Of a DNA stretch of 43,261 nucleotides, positions 29,456 to 39,254 are shown one piece after another (the stretch's first letter is position 1; the number at the start of each line of letters is the position of its first letter). The DNA is from Promethearchaeota archaeon. GTDB lineage: Archaea > Asgardarchaeota > Lokiarchaeia > Sigyniarchaeales > SOKP01. The translations under genes and the position numbers were made by a program. The notes under the pieces were generated by a model, which saw only the letters and a program-made list of their open reading frames with translations, was not told where the DNA came from and made no database searches. The stretch is taken from NCBI GenBank assembly GCA_016840085.1, contig JAEOTA010000079.1, forward strand, positions 1 through 43,261. Reading direction: 5' to 3'.

Positions 29456-29588
29456 TTCGAAAACCTATTCCAAATTCCTGATTAATTTCCTAAGATTTTA
29501 TAATTTTCAATAAATGTGTGAAAATTTCACCAGCATTTCCTTTCAAAAAAATTATTTCATTTTCTTAACTTTTAAGGATTTCTTAAAA

Positions 29589-30482
29589 TCATAATCTAGT
29601 AAAATCAACAAAATTTTCCTGAAATCCTAATTTTGTTAGTAATTCTTCAGACTCTGTGATTATCATTTTTATAAGTTGTTCTGCTGATATTATCTCATTA
29701 ATAGTGCCTGCCGCTAAGGATAATGGAACCGCTTTCATTTGATCAGATTCAAAATGGCATACATTTTCAATTATGCTAGGATCAAAACAATCAGCATCAA
29801 GTATGTTCTGTTTCCAACCATCAGAAATGGGACTTTCCTCTGTTGCAAGAAATGTTGTACACATATGTATTGCTTGTGCTCCAGAGATTAATGCCATCAT
29901 CATACCCTTGCCATTACTAATCCCTCCTGAAGCTATTATTGGGACACTTATTCTGTCTTTTGCATTAACCATGTTAATAAAAAGTGTATTCTGCTTAGGA
30001 TTTTTAAATCCTGCTCCTTCAAGTCCAGTCAAAATAATGGCATCTACTCCCATTTTGTCTCCATACTGAGCATGTCTCATTGTAGTAACTTTATGAATCC
30101 AATTCATTCCATATTCTTTAATTTTTTTTCCAAATCCTTCAACTCGAGGACCAACAGTAATTATGGTCTTTATTTGTTCTTCTTTAGCAACCTCCAGATA
30201 TTGACCAAACAGTTGATCAAGATCTTTTTGAAAATCTAATGGTTTGTTTGGAGAAAAATTGATGCAAAAAGGGTTTTTTGTGATAGCTCTAATTTTCAGG
30301 ATTGCATTACGCAATTTCTCTTCATTTTTAAAATAAGATCCCGTTAAAATTCCTGCTCCACCAGCTTTACTTACTGCTGCTGTTAATTCCGTATTATCAG
30401 ATCTCGCAAAAGCAGCTGAAAAAATAGGATATTTACACCCTACCATTTCTGTTATTTTAGTTTTCCATTCCAAATTCATCAC
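29589..30482 (-). CDS. Nitronate monooxygenase / FabK-like FMN oxidoreductase
   Basis: CKYPI, AAVSKAGGAGIL, GLEGAG, PIIASGGISNGKG and TFLATEES motifs. Confidence 0.85.
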   Translation of the reverse strand: MMNLEWKTKITEMVGCKYPIFSAAFARSDNTELTAAVSKAGGAGILTGSYFKNEEKLRNAILKIRAITKNPFCINFSPNKPLDFQKDLDQLFGQYLEVAKEEQIKTIITVGPRVEGFGKKIKEYGMNWIHKVTTMRHAQYGDKMGVDAIILTGLEGAGFKNPKQNTLFINMVNAKDRISVPIIASGGISNGKGMMMALISGAQAIHMCTTFLATEESPISDGWKQNILDADCFDPSIIENVCHFESDQMKAVPLSLAAGTINEIISAEQLIKMIITESEELLTKLGFQENFVDFTRL

Positions 30483-30512
30483 AAAATTATTTTATAAATA
30501 AAGTAAAAAATA

Positions 30513-31187
30513 TTAAAAATTATAAAATTTTCTCTTATCTTCTAGATGAAAAAATCCAAATCGTTGCCTACGTACTTCTCTCATAGCATCAGTTTGCCAT
30601 CCCATATCCTTAGTATAAAATTGAGATTTATGCAATTTTAATGCCTTATAGACTTTAAATCTCAAATCTCCTAACTTTATTTTAACTAAATGTTCTCCTT
30701 GAGCTTTAATAGGGTTATAAAGGGCATATACATAGAATTCAAGGTTATGTAAGTTAAGCTCTTTAGCTACTCTGATTGCAATATCGTGAGTAGCTTGGTG
30801 ATCTGCATGGTTATTATTTCCGCTCGGAATAACAACTCGATCCGCATCTCTTACAATATCCTTGATTTTTTCTACAGCATCATTAATATGATTTTGCAGC
30901 TCTGAATCATAGAATTTTAAAAAGTGTCTATTTTCTTTTCTTATACCAAGGAATTCAGCTGCAATATCTGCTTCGGATAACCTAATTTTTGCAAGTTCAT
31001 CTTCTGAAATCCTTGTAGCTTCACAATCTTCAAGTTTATTCTCTTCTCTAGCTTTTCGATATCCCGCTCTGCCATCTGTGAACCAGATAATATGCACATC
31101 ATGATCTTCTTCGAGCCATTTCATAATTGAACCACCAGCACCATAACTCTCATCATCTGGATGAGGAGCAAATACTATTATTTTCAG
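30513..31187 (-). CDS. PIG-L/LmbE family deacetylase with probable CTG start
   Basis: The frame extends 21 codons upstream of the listed ATG to LKIIVFAPHPDDESYGAGGSI; TDG, R..E and HADH motifs; GGTGA SD at 31194-31198. Confidence 0.85.
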   Translation of the reverse strand: MKIIVFAPHPDDESYGAGGSIMKWLEEDHDVHIIWFTDGRAGYRKAREENKLEDCEATRISEDELAKIRLSEADIAAEFLGIRKENRHFLKFYDSELQNHINDAVEKIKDIVRDADRVVIPSGNNNHADHQATHDIAIRVAKELNLHNLEFYVYALYNPIKAQGEHLVKIKLGDLRFKVYKALKLHKSQFYTKDMGWQTDAMREVRRQRFGFFHLEDKRKFYNF

Positions 31188-31318
31188 ATAATATCACCTA
31201 TTAAATATAATCTACAAATAATTATGCTAATTCTTAATATTATTATAATTTAGTTACCTAAATAATTACATCTTATATTGAGAAATTAAAATTTCTTGTA
31301 ATTGTTTAGTTTTTTTAA

Positions 31319-32237
31319 TTATAGCAAAGGAACAAAGTAGGGGACAATTGCTAAATATAGTACTATACTCACAATTGTACATAGGAAAAGGTTTCTCCTT
31401 TTAGTATATAAAAACGCACATATTAACCCATCTATTAATATAAAGATAAAAAAGTCTAGATTTACAGATAAAACAGAAATTGAAAATCCTGATGATAAAA
31501 GAGCATAGAGAATAATTCCACCAAGAGAAAATAATGTATTTAAAATAATACTTTTAAGTTTTGTATACTTGTTTAAGAGAACTGTTAATATTATTCCCCG
31601 CAATAATACTTCTTGCCAAAATAAGAAACTTATAATCGAAAGAAATACCAAAAGGTTTTGTAAATCTATAACCGGAATAATAAATTTATGATTGAAATTC
31701 CAATACTGATTAGAAAAAGAATAGGATCTGAAGTTCTATATACATTATAAGAGGAAAAGCAATCATTATTACAATGATTGGTATATCAAAACTACGAAAA
31801 ATAGTTAAAAATACTAATTTCTTCAATTTTTTTTTTGTAATAGGTAACGTTTGGAACCACTCAAAAATCCTACCCGACATTATCATGCCAGTCTCTAACA
31901 TTCCCATTAAAAAAAAATTGAAAAATTGAAGAATAAAAAATAAACTAATAAACAAACTTCCATGAAAAGTAATTATATCTGGTGAAATACCACATTCGAG
32001 TAGTAAATCTGCAATTTGAAAATATCCTAAAAGAGGTGTTATGGGTAATATTCCAAATATTATAGCGTAAAAAATTTTAGTACGAATAATCTTTATTTTT
32101 ATAGATCTATTTTTTCCTTTATTTTGACTTTTAGTTTCTAATTGGTTTTCACCTTTAGTTAAGATTATCTCATCTATAAGGAGTTCATGATTAGTGTATT
32201 TTGCTAGATAATAGAGAGATAACTTCTCGCTCCTCAT
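31319..32237 (-). pseudogene. Membrane protein (permease-like N-terminus plus CPBP/CAAX-protease-like C-terminus) with frameshift and probable internal deletion
   Basis: N-terminal fragment with LPI..KKL motif, frameshift near 31736, second frame change near 31674-31684, C-terminal fragment with WQEVLLRG and LYTKRRNL. Confidence 0.6.
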
Positions 32238-32447
32238 AATACTTTATTATTTTAATCTGTTCCTTAATTATTTAAATTTATGAAAAATGTCTAAAAAATT
32301 GTATATAGGCTATAATGATTTTTATTCAAGATAGAATATTAGAAACAATAGTTTTTAAATTCATAAGTAGAATAATTAATAAATCAAAAAATTGTGAATT
32401 AAAATGTAATTCAAATAAAAATATTAAAAAAATAAGGTGAAGATTAA

Positions 32448-33713
32448 ATGTCTTCAGAGTTTGAGAAGAATTTAGATAAATATGCGGAGGTTATCGTCAA
32501 AGTTGGACTTAATTTACAACCAGGACAAAGATTGTTGATTGGGGGACCAATATACGGCTTTTATGGAGTTTCTCTTGAGCTAGCCCCATTAATACGAAGA
32601 ATTGTTAAGAAGGCTTATCAATTAGGTGCTAGATTAGTAGATGTAATGTGGAAAGATGAAGAATTGCAATCAACTCGGTTACAATACGCTCCAACAGATA
32701 CATTAAATGAATACCCTATATGGCGAATAGATGCTGCACTCAAGGTTGCTGAAGCAGGAGATGCGTTTCTCGCTATATATGCCGAGAATCCCGACCTCCT
32801 TATTGAACAAAATCCTGACAAAATAACAGCTGTTCAACAGACTAATTTCAAACAAAATAAACCTATAATGGATCATGTAGTAAAAGGCTCGATGAACTGG
32901 GCAATAGTGACAGCTCCAGTAGATGGATGGACAGATAGAGTTTTTCCTAATGTTCCATCAGATAAGCGAAAAGCTAAATTTTGGGATACAATTTTTGAAA
33001 TTTGTCGTGTAAAACAAGAGGATCCCGTGTCTGCTTGGCTAGATCATGTTAATCAACTTGCTGCCAGAAGTAATTATCTAAATAAAAAACGATATACACA
33101 ACTGAAATTTACTGCAACAGGTACAAACTTAACAATAGGACTACCCGAGGAGCATATTTGGAAAAGCGGTTCTATGACAAGCCAGAATGGCATTACTTTC
33201 ACAGCAAATATCCCAACTGAAGAAGTTTTCACAATACCACATAAGGATAAAACTGAGGGAGTAGTAACAGCAACTAAAGCACTTTATTATAGCGGGAGTC
33301 TAATTGAAGATTATCAATTAACTTTTTCTGAAGGAAAGATTGTAAATGCGGTTGCGAAAAAAGGGGAGGATTTATTGCATAATCTTATCGACACAGATGA
33401 AGGTGCAAGTTATTTAGGTGAAATAGCATTAGTTCCTCATAGTTCACCTATTTCACAATCCGGATTACTCTTCTATAATATTCTCATCGATGAAAATGCA
33501 TCAAATCATATTGCGTTAGGACAAGGATACAAATTCAGCTTTAAGAATGGTGAAACTTTATCTGATGATGAATTTGAAGCTTTAGGAGGTAATAATAGCC
33601 TTATACATATTGATTGCATGTTTGGTTCAGGAGATATGAATGTAGAAGGAATACTGGAAGATGGGACCACTGAACCGATTATGCAAAATGGAGAATGGGC
33701 TTATAATGTATAA
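32448..33713 (+). CDS. Aminopeptidase, peptidase M29 (AmpS/PepS/AmpT type)
   Basis: GLNLQPGQ, ANIPTEEVFT, LGEIALV, DENASNHIALG and NNSLIHID motifs; AGGTGA SD. Confidence 0.92.
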   Translation: MSSEFEKNLDKYAEVIVKVGLNLQPGQRLLIGGPIYGFYGVSLELAPLIRRIVKKAYQLGARLVDVMWKDEELQSTRLQYAPTDTLNEYPIWRIDAALKVAEAGDAFLAIYAENPDLLIEQNPDKITAVQQTNFKQNKPIMDHVVKGSMNWAIVTAPVDGWTDRVFPNVPSDKRKAKFWDTIFEICRVKQEDPVSAWLDHVNQLAARSNYLNKKRYTQLKFTATGTNLTIGLPEEHIWKSGSMTSQNGITFTANIPTEEVFTIPHKDKTEGVVTATKALYYSGSLIEDYQLTFSEGKIVNAVAKKGEDLLHNLIDTDEGASYLGEIALVPHSSPISQSGLLFYNILIDENASNHIALGQGYKFSFKNGETLSDDEFEALGGNNSLIHIDCMFGSGDMNVEGILEDGTTEPIMQNGEWAYNV

Positions 33714-33837
33714 ATAATTAAAGACTTTCATTAGAGTAATTTTTTATTGAATTATTGGAATTTATATTTTATTGATTATAGTTATTAATTATTTTAATTC
33801 TACTTATAATAAAAGAGCAATAAAATAATGATAACTT

Positions 33838-35076
33838 ATGGAAGCAACACCACCTACTCTAAAGAATAAATTCGATAAACATTTAATAATTATTTTTATA
33901 ATTATGTTTACGGAAGTTCTGGGATTTAGCATGGTCCTACCTATTATTCCTTTTTTAGCTTTATCTTTAGGATTAAATGCTTTACAAGTTGGTTTAGTTC
34001 TAAGCTTATTTAGTATAAGTCAATTATTTGCAAGTCCAATAACAGGTAAACTGAGTGATCGTTTTGGAAGAAAGCCTATTTTATTAGTTAGTCAGACTAG
34101 TACATTTGTAGGATTTTTACTTCTTGGACTTGCTGATGTTGTTTGGTTATTAATTGCTGCACGATTAATTGATGGACTTATAGGTAGTAATATGACTGTG
34201 AGTCAAGCTTACATTAGTGATGTATCAGAACCACAAGATCGAACAAGAGTATATGGATATTCAAGTGCAGTCTTTGGTGCAGGATTGATATTCGGCCCTG
34301 TTATTGGGGGAACATTATCAATTTTCAGTTATTCGACTCCAATGTTTTTTGCCGCGGGGGTGTGTCTCATCTCAATAATTTTAGTACTGATATTTCTACC
34401 AGAATCATTAGAGACAAAAGCGGAAAAATTCCAGCTTAAATTTATGGATATCATCCCGATAGACGAAGCGAAACGCTTTTTTAAGGATTCTACAGTCCGA
34501 AATCTAATGTTTATCTTTCTCACATATAATTTTGGATTTATGTTATTTATCTCGAGTTTTTCTTTATTTTCAGAAAAACAATTAGGTATATCTGCTTTTG
34601 AGGTTGGTTTTTATATGACTTGGATTGGAATTCTTCGTGTTATTTTTCAATCTACCCTTATCTCCCCTCTCCAAAAAAAATTTGGTGAGAATTCAATCTT
34701 AGGATTTGGTGTTGTAACTATGATCATTACTATGGCGCTCCTTATTTTTTCTAGAAATTATTTTTTTGTTTTCATCCCACTTACCTTTTTAGCTTTTGGA
34801 ACGGGTATTTGTCGTCCTATTCTAATGAGTAAATTAACACAAAAGGTCAAGAGGGAGGAGACAGGAAGCCTTTTGGGAGTAAATAATGCTTTTGCTAGTT
34901 TTGCTCAAATCATATCACCAATATTAGGAGGAGCTATGATTGAATATTTACCCTCTCAAATACTACCACTCCTTTCTTCAATCCTTTTTGTAATTCTTTT
35001 TCTTCAATGGCGTTATAAACTTATCGTTACTCCCCCTGATGAAACATTGAAGATTGAAGAATCTAAACTCTTATAA
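33838..35076 (+). CDS. MFS transporter, TetA/DHA1-like
   Basis: GKLSDRFGRKP motif A, ARLIDG, AYISD and GLIFGPVIGG motif C. Confidence 0.9.
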   Translation: MEATPPTLKNKFDKHLIIIFIIMFTEVLGFSMVLPIIPFLALSLGLNALQVGLVLSLFSISQLFASPITGKLSDRFGRKPILLVSQTSTFVGFLLLGLADVVWLLIAARLIDGLIGSNMTVSQAYISDVSEPQDRTRVYGYSSAVFGAGLIFGPVIGGTLSIFSYSTPMFFAAGVCLISIILVLIFLPESLETKAEKFQLKFMDIIPIDEAKRFFKDSTVRNLMFIFLTYNFGFMLFISSFSLFSEKQLGISAFEVGFYMTWIGILRVIFQSTLISPLQKKFGENSILGFGVVTMIITMALLIFSRNYFFVFIPLTFLAFGTGICRPILMSKLTQKVKREETGSLLGVNNAFASFAQIISPILGGAMIEYLPSQILPLLSSILFVILFLQWRYKLIVTPPDETLKIEESKLL

Positions 35077-35228
35077 CAAAGATTATTAAAACTGAAAATA
35101 TTTTAGATTTTAATATATCAATTGAGTGCTGTGCACTACCACTTGGATAAGGAAACAATATGTCAATGTCTTTATTATTACTAGTTAAATCGCTCAAAAA
35201 ATTAATTAAGCAAGATTAAAAATTTTAA

Positions 35229-36647
35229 ATGGAAGGTATTGAAATTATGGTGGAAAAAAGTGATGTTCTTATTGTAGGTGCTGGAACTGCTGGTACATAT
35301 ATTAGTTGGTTATTAGCTAAAAAAGGATTTTCAGTTATCCTAATTGAAAAAGATAAACGAGAAGAAGTTGGAAAGCGATTAGATGTAATTCATTTTGAGA
35401 CCGATAGAGTTCAAATGGCAGGAATACCTCCATTTAAGGCTGGAACTCCCGATTGTATTGAAATTAGAAACGTTTCAACAGTTATTACTCCAGACTTTAA
35501 AACAGAAATAAAAGTCAGAGCGCTTCAGACAATTGTACGGTTAACACCTTTTTTGAACAAAACGTATAAAATATTGGAATCCGATGGTATTAAGTTAGTA
35601 TTTTCAACTGAATTTAAAGAAATTATTTTTGAAGATAATAAAATTGTCGGCTTATTCGCTGAATCGGGTGGAAATAGACAAGAGTATCGTGCTCGTTTAA
35701 TTATCGATGCTTCGGGAAAACCAGCTGTTATAAGGACATCATTACCAGAAGATTATGGTATAGAAACTTTCGAATTAGGTCCTAATGATGTAATGTATGT
35801 CCTTTTAGAATATATAAAATGGAAATATCCAGATAAACCTCACCCTGCTACAGACACCGGATATAATTGGTGGTTATTATGGTTTGGACCATCTTATGAT
35901 CCAGAAGGTGCAATATTAGGAGTAGGCCAACCAGGGTCGTTTGAAAATGCTAGGAACGCTCGTGAAGATTTTCTTAAGAGAGCAAATCTCCCACCTTATG
36001 AGATAATAAAAAAAGAACAAGGCAGTACACCATATAGAAGACCCCCTTATTCATTAGTTATGGATGGATTTTTATGCATTGGAGACGCTGCAGCTGTAAC
36101 ATATCCTTTCTCTGGTCATGGTGTTACAGCAACCTGGGTCCTATGTATGATAGCATCAGATGTAATAGAAAAAGCTCTAAAAACCAAAGAATATATTAGC
36201 AGAGAGCATCTTTGGGAAATAAATGTGAATTATTTTAGAGATCAAGGTGCAAAATTCGCTGGACTTTTTACACAATTATCAGGGGTACTAAACTTTAATG
36301 AAAAAGAGTGGAATTACTTTCTGAAAAAAGGATTGATTTACAAAACTAGTGAAGGAGATGATATTCCTGAGCCAAATAAAGAGTATGAAGAAGAAATGAG
36401 TCTAAGTGAAATTTTAAAATTTCTATTCAAAATAATAGGAGGTCTAGTTCGAAGAAAATTATCTCTTAAACATATGAAGAGATTATTACAAGCAAATGCA
36501 CTAGCTGGAAAAATTAAAAAACACTATGAAATTTACCCTGAAAATCCTAAAAACTTCGGTAAATGGGTAGAAAAAGCTGAATTATTATGGACACAAAAAA
36601 AAATAGCTGTTAAAAAACTTAGTTTAGTGAAAATTGAGTATCATTAA
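35229..36647 (+). CDS. FAD-dependent oxidoreductase, geranylgeranyl reductase-like family
   Basis: DVLIVGAGTAG, IDASG and IGDAAAVTYPFSGHGV motifs. Confidence 0.8.
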   Translation: MEGIEIMVEKSDVLIVGAGTAGTYISWLLAKKGFSVILIEKDKREEVGKRLDVIHFETDRVQMAGIPPFKAGTPDCIEIRNVSTVITPDFKTEIKVRALQTIVRLTPFLNKTYKILESDGIKLVFSTEFKEIIFEDNKIVGLFAESGGNRQEYRARLIIDASGKPAVIRTSLPEDYGIETFELGPNDVMYVLLEYIKWKYPDKPHPATDTGYNWWLLWFGPSYDPEGAILGVGQPGSFENARNAREDFLKRANLPPYEIIKKEQGSTPYRRPPYSLVMDGFLCIGDAAAVTYPFSGHGVTATWVLCMIASDVIEKALKTKEYISREHLWEINVNYFRDQGAKFAGLFTQLSGVLNFNEKEWNYFLKKGLIYKTSEGDDIPEPNKEYEEEMSLSEILKFLFKIIGGLVRRKLSLKHMKRLLQANALAGKIKKHYEIYPENPKNFGKWVEKAELLWTQKKIAVKKLSLVKIEYH

Positions 36648-36817
36648 AATTATTTCTTCTATTAATTTTGTTGAAATTATAATAATTCAAATTTTTTCAC
36701 CATGATTTTGCTTAAAATGGAACAATATTTAAAAAATCTAAAGTATATATTCAATAAATTATTTTTAAATTAAAATTTGAAAATTAACGTGTTATTATAT
36801 TTTTGGAGTAAAAAATT

Positions 36818-38275
36818 ATGAGTGAGATTGAACTTGGAGGAAAGGAAACCTATAAAAACTCTAAACTTATTATGGCAAGTTATGGTTCTCGGGAGTTATT
36901 TGGTCAATGGATAACAGCCGCATTTGGGTTTACAGTATTCTTTTTCTATGAACAAGTAATTGGATTAGAATCATGGATTGCAATGCTAGCTTTTGTTTTA
37001 TATTCTGTCTGGAATGCTATTAATGATCCTCTTGTAGGTTATATTATGGAACGGGTTCATATGCCATGGGAAAAAAAATGGGGTATTAGAAGATTTCCAT
37101 GGATGATAATTGGAGTTATTCCGTGGTTATTTTCTTTTGTACTTATTTTTATGGTTCCACAAGGTTTATTTACTGTTGGGGGGGTTAGGGATGCTGATTT
37201 AGTAGATCAAAATCAATGGCTAATATTTGGTTGGTATTTAGGTTCCATCTGTTTATATGATACTTTTCTCACAATATACGATGTTAACGTTATTTCAGTA
37301 TACCCCGATAAATTCACCGGACTTGATGAAAGAAGAACAGTTCAAGGGTTCGGTACAATTCTAGGAATTCTAGGTTTAGTTCTAGCAGCAATAGTACCTC
37401 CTATGATTGTAGATCAAAATATTCCTTCAACATATCCGTTTATGGCTATGATTAGTGCAATTGTGGGAATTTTGATTTTTCTAATCGTGATACCGGGAGT
37501 GTGGGAGAATCAAAGAATTAAGGATCTAAATGCTCAGAGAAGAAAAATGCAAGGAGAAGAAAAAATTGAGCCATTCTTTAAAACAGCGAAAAGTACACTC
37601 TCAAATAGAATTTTTATGATGAAAATGATATTTTTTTGGGGTTATCAAATAGGAGCTGTGATGTTGCAAACATCGGGATTTTATATAACAACATTCATTC
37701 TAGATGAACCTGAAGAGGTGTTCACACTCCTTTTAGGAGCGATGCTTTTAGGGGCTCTCATATCTACTCCTCTTTGGACCTATTTTTCAAAAAGAATAAA
37801 TGATAACAAAAAAATGAGTATCGCTGCTGGTATTATGCTTTTTATCACATTCCTACCTTTGATATTTCTAAGAGATACGATTGGTTGGACAATCAGCTTA
37901 TTATTTTTTGGAATAGGTGTTGGAGGTCATTGGTTCATAGATCCCCCTACTATGGGAGACGTACTGGATGATATAACAGTTAAAACAGGAAAAAGGCAAC
38001 AATCGATTTATTATGGATTTCAAGCATTTTTCGTTCGCTTTGGAGGTTCTGTAATAGCAATGACTATCGCAATTACTCATATCCTAACGGGTTATGTTGA
38101 GGGTGGAACTCTATCTGAACAACCAGCTTCAGCTATTTTTGGGATTATAATACATTCTGCTATTATTCCTGCAATTATAGTCTTAATTACAGTTTTAATA
38201 TTTTGGAGATTTTATGATCTTACCCCAGATAAAGTTGCTGCTAATAAGAAGAAATTACAAGAATTAGATCTATAA
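36818..38275 (+). CDS. MFS transporter, GPH/MelB-like glycoside:cation symporter
   Basis: WNAINDPLVG, RRFPW, D...KTGKRQQSIYYG and C-terminal YDLT motifs. Confidence 0.85.
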   Translation: MSEIELGGKETYKNSKLIMASYGSRELFGQWITAAFGFTVFFFYEQVIGLESWIAMLAFVLYSVWNAINDPLVGYIMERVHMPWEKKWGIRRFPWMIIGVIPWLFSFVLIFMVPQGLFTVGGVRDADLVDQNQWLIFGWYLGSICLYDTFLTIYDVNVISVYPDKFTGLDERRTVQGFGTILGILGLVLAAIVPPMIVDQNIPSTYPFMAMISAIVGILIFLIVIPGVWENQRIKDLNAQRRKMQGEEKIEPFFKTAKSTLSNRIFMMKMIFFWGYQIGAVMLQTSGFYITTFILDEPEEVFTLLLGAMLLGALISTPLWTYFSKRINDNKKMSIAAGIMLFITFLPLIFLRDTIGWTISLLFFGIGVGGHWFIDPPTMGDVLDDITVKTGKRQQSIYYGFQAFFVRFGGSVIAMTIAITHILTGYVEGGTLSEQPASAIFGIIIHSAIIPAIIVLITVLIFWRFYDLTPDKVAANKKKLQELDL

Positions 38276-38495
38276 TTAATACCACAATATAATCAAATTT
38301 TAACCAAATATTTTTTTACTTTATTTTAATTTATTAGAATAAATTTGCGCATCATAATATTTAATGGTATAATTGAATTTTTTAAAATCATAAAAAAGTT
38401 AAGCAAATAAGCTCCGATTCTCTTCAAATTATAGTCCCAGAAATTAATTATGTTTATAACATAAAAAGAAATTAACAAATTATTAAGGTGATTTT

Positions 38496-39131
38496 ATGGA
38501 TGTAATGAAAAAAATAGAAGAATTCAAGCTTGTACCGGTCATTGTCTTAGAAAATTCTGAATTTGCCATTCCTTTAGGAACTGCACTTTTAGAAGGAGGG
38601 CTTCCTATTGCGGAAGTTACTTTCCGTACAGTAGCAGCTCCTGATTCTATTAAAATTCTTAAAAATGAATTTCCTGATATGTTAATAGGCGCAGGAACCG
38701 TCCTTACAGTTGATCAAGTAAAAAGTGCTGTGGACGTAGGTGCTCAATTTATAGTAACTCCTGGATTTAATCCTACAGTTGTTGATTACTGCGTAGATAA
38801 TAATATAGTAATTTGTCCTGGTTTAAATTCACCCTCTTTTATTGAATGGGGTTTAGAACGTGGATTGTCACACTTTAAGTTTTTTCCTGCAGATCTATCA
38901 GGAGGTACAAAAGCGATCAAAATGTTAGCAGGACCATATCCAATGGTGAAATTTATGCCTACTGGGGGAATAAATAATGATACACTAATAGAATACCTAA
39001 AATTAGAAAATGTATTTGCATGTGGAGGCAGTTGGATTGTAAAAAAAGATTTGATCATAACAAAAAATTTTGAGGAAATAAAATCACGAATAAAAAAAGC
39101 ACTTTCACTTATCAATTCAGAATTAAAATGA
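38496..39131 (+). CDS. eda: KDPG/KHG aldolase
   Basis: EVTFRT, GAGTV, FIVTPG, FKFFPA (Schiff-base Lys), MPTGGI and GGSW motifs; AGGTGA SD. Confidence 0.93.
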   Translation: MDVMKKIEEFKLVPVIVLENSEFAIPLGTALLEGGLPIAEVTFRTVAAPDSIKILKNEFPDMLIGAGTVLTVDQVKSAVDVGAQFIVTPGFNPTVVDYCVDNNIVICPGLNSPSFIEWGLERGLSHFKFFPADLSGGTKAIKMLAGPYPMVKFMPTGGINNDTLIEYLKLENVFACGGSWIVKKDLIITKNFEEIKSRIKKALSLINSELK

Positions 39132-39254
39132 ATAAGTCGCAATATTATTGTAAAAGTTGGAGGATATAGTGCTTATTTCGTTGATCTGGATAAAGAAATA
39201 CCAGATGAGATCATTTCAAGAACAGAACATATGAAGGTTTTAAAATCTAAATGA
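39132..39254 (+). pseudogene. C-terminal remnant of a second glycyl radical enzyme
   Basis: ISRNIIVKVGGYSAYFVDLDKEIPDEIISRTEHMKVLKSK closely matches the C-terminus of 40319-42901; its stop overlaps the activase start (ATGA). Confidence 0.85.
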
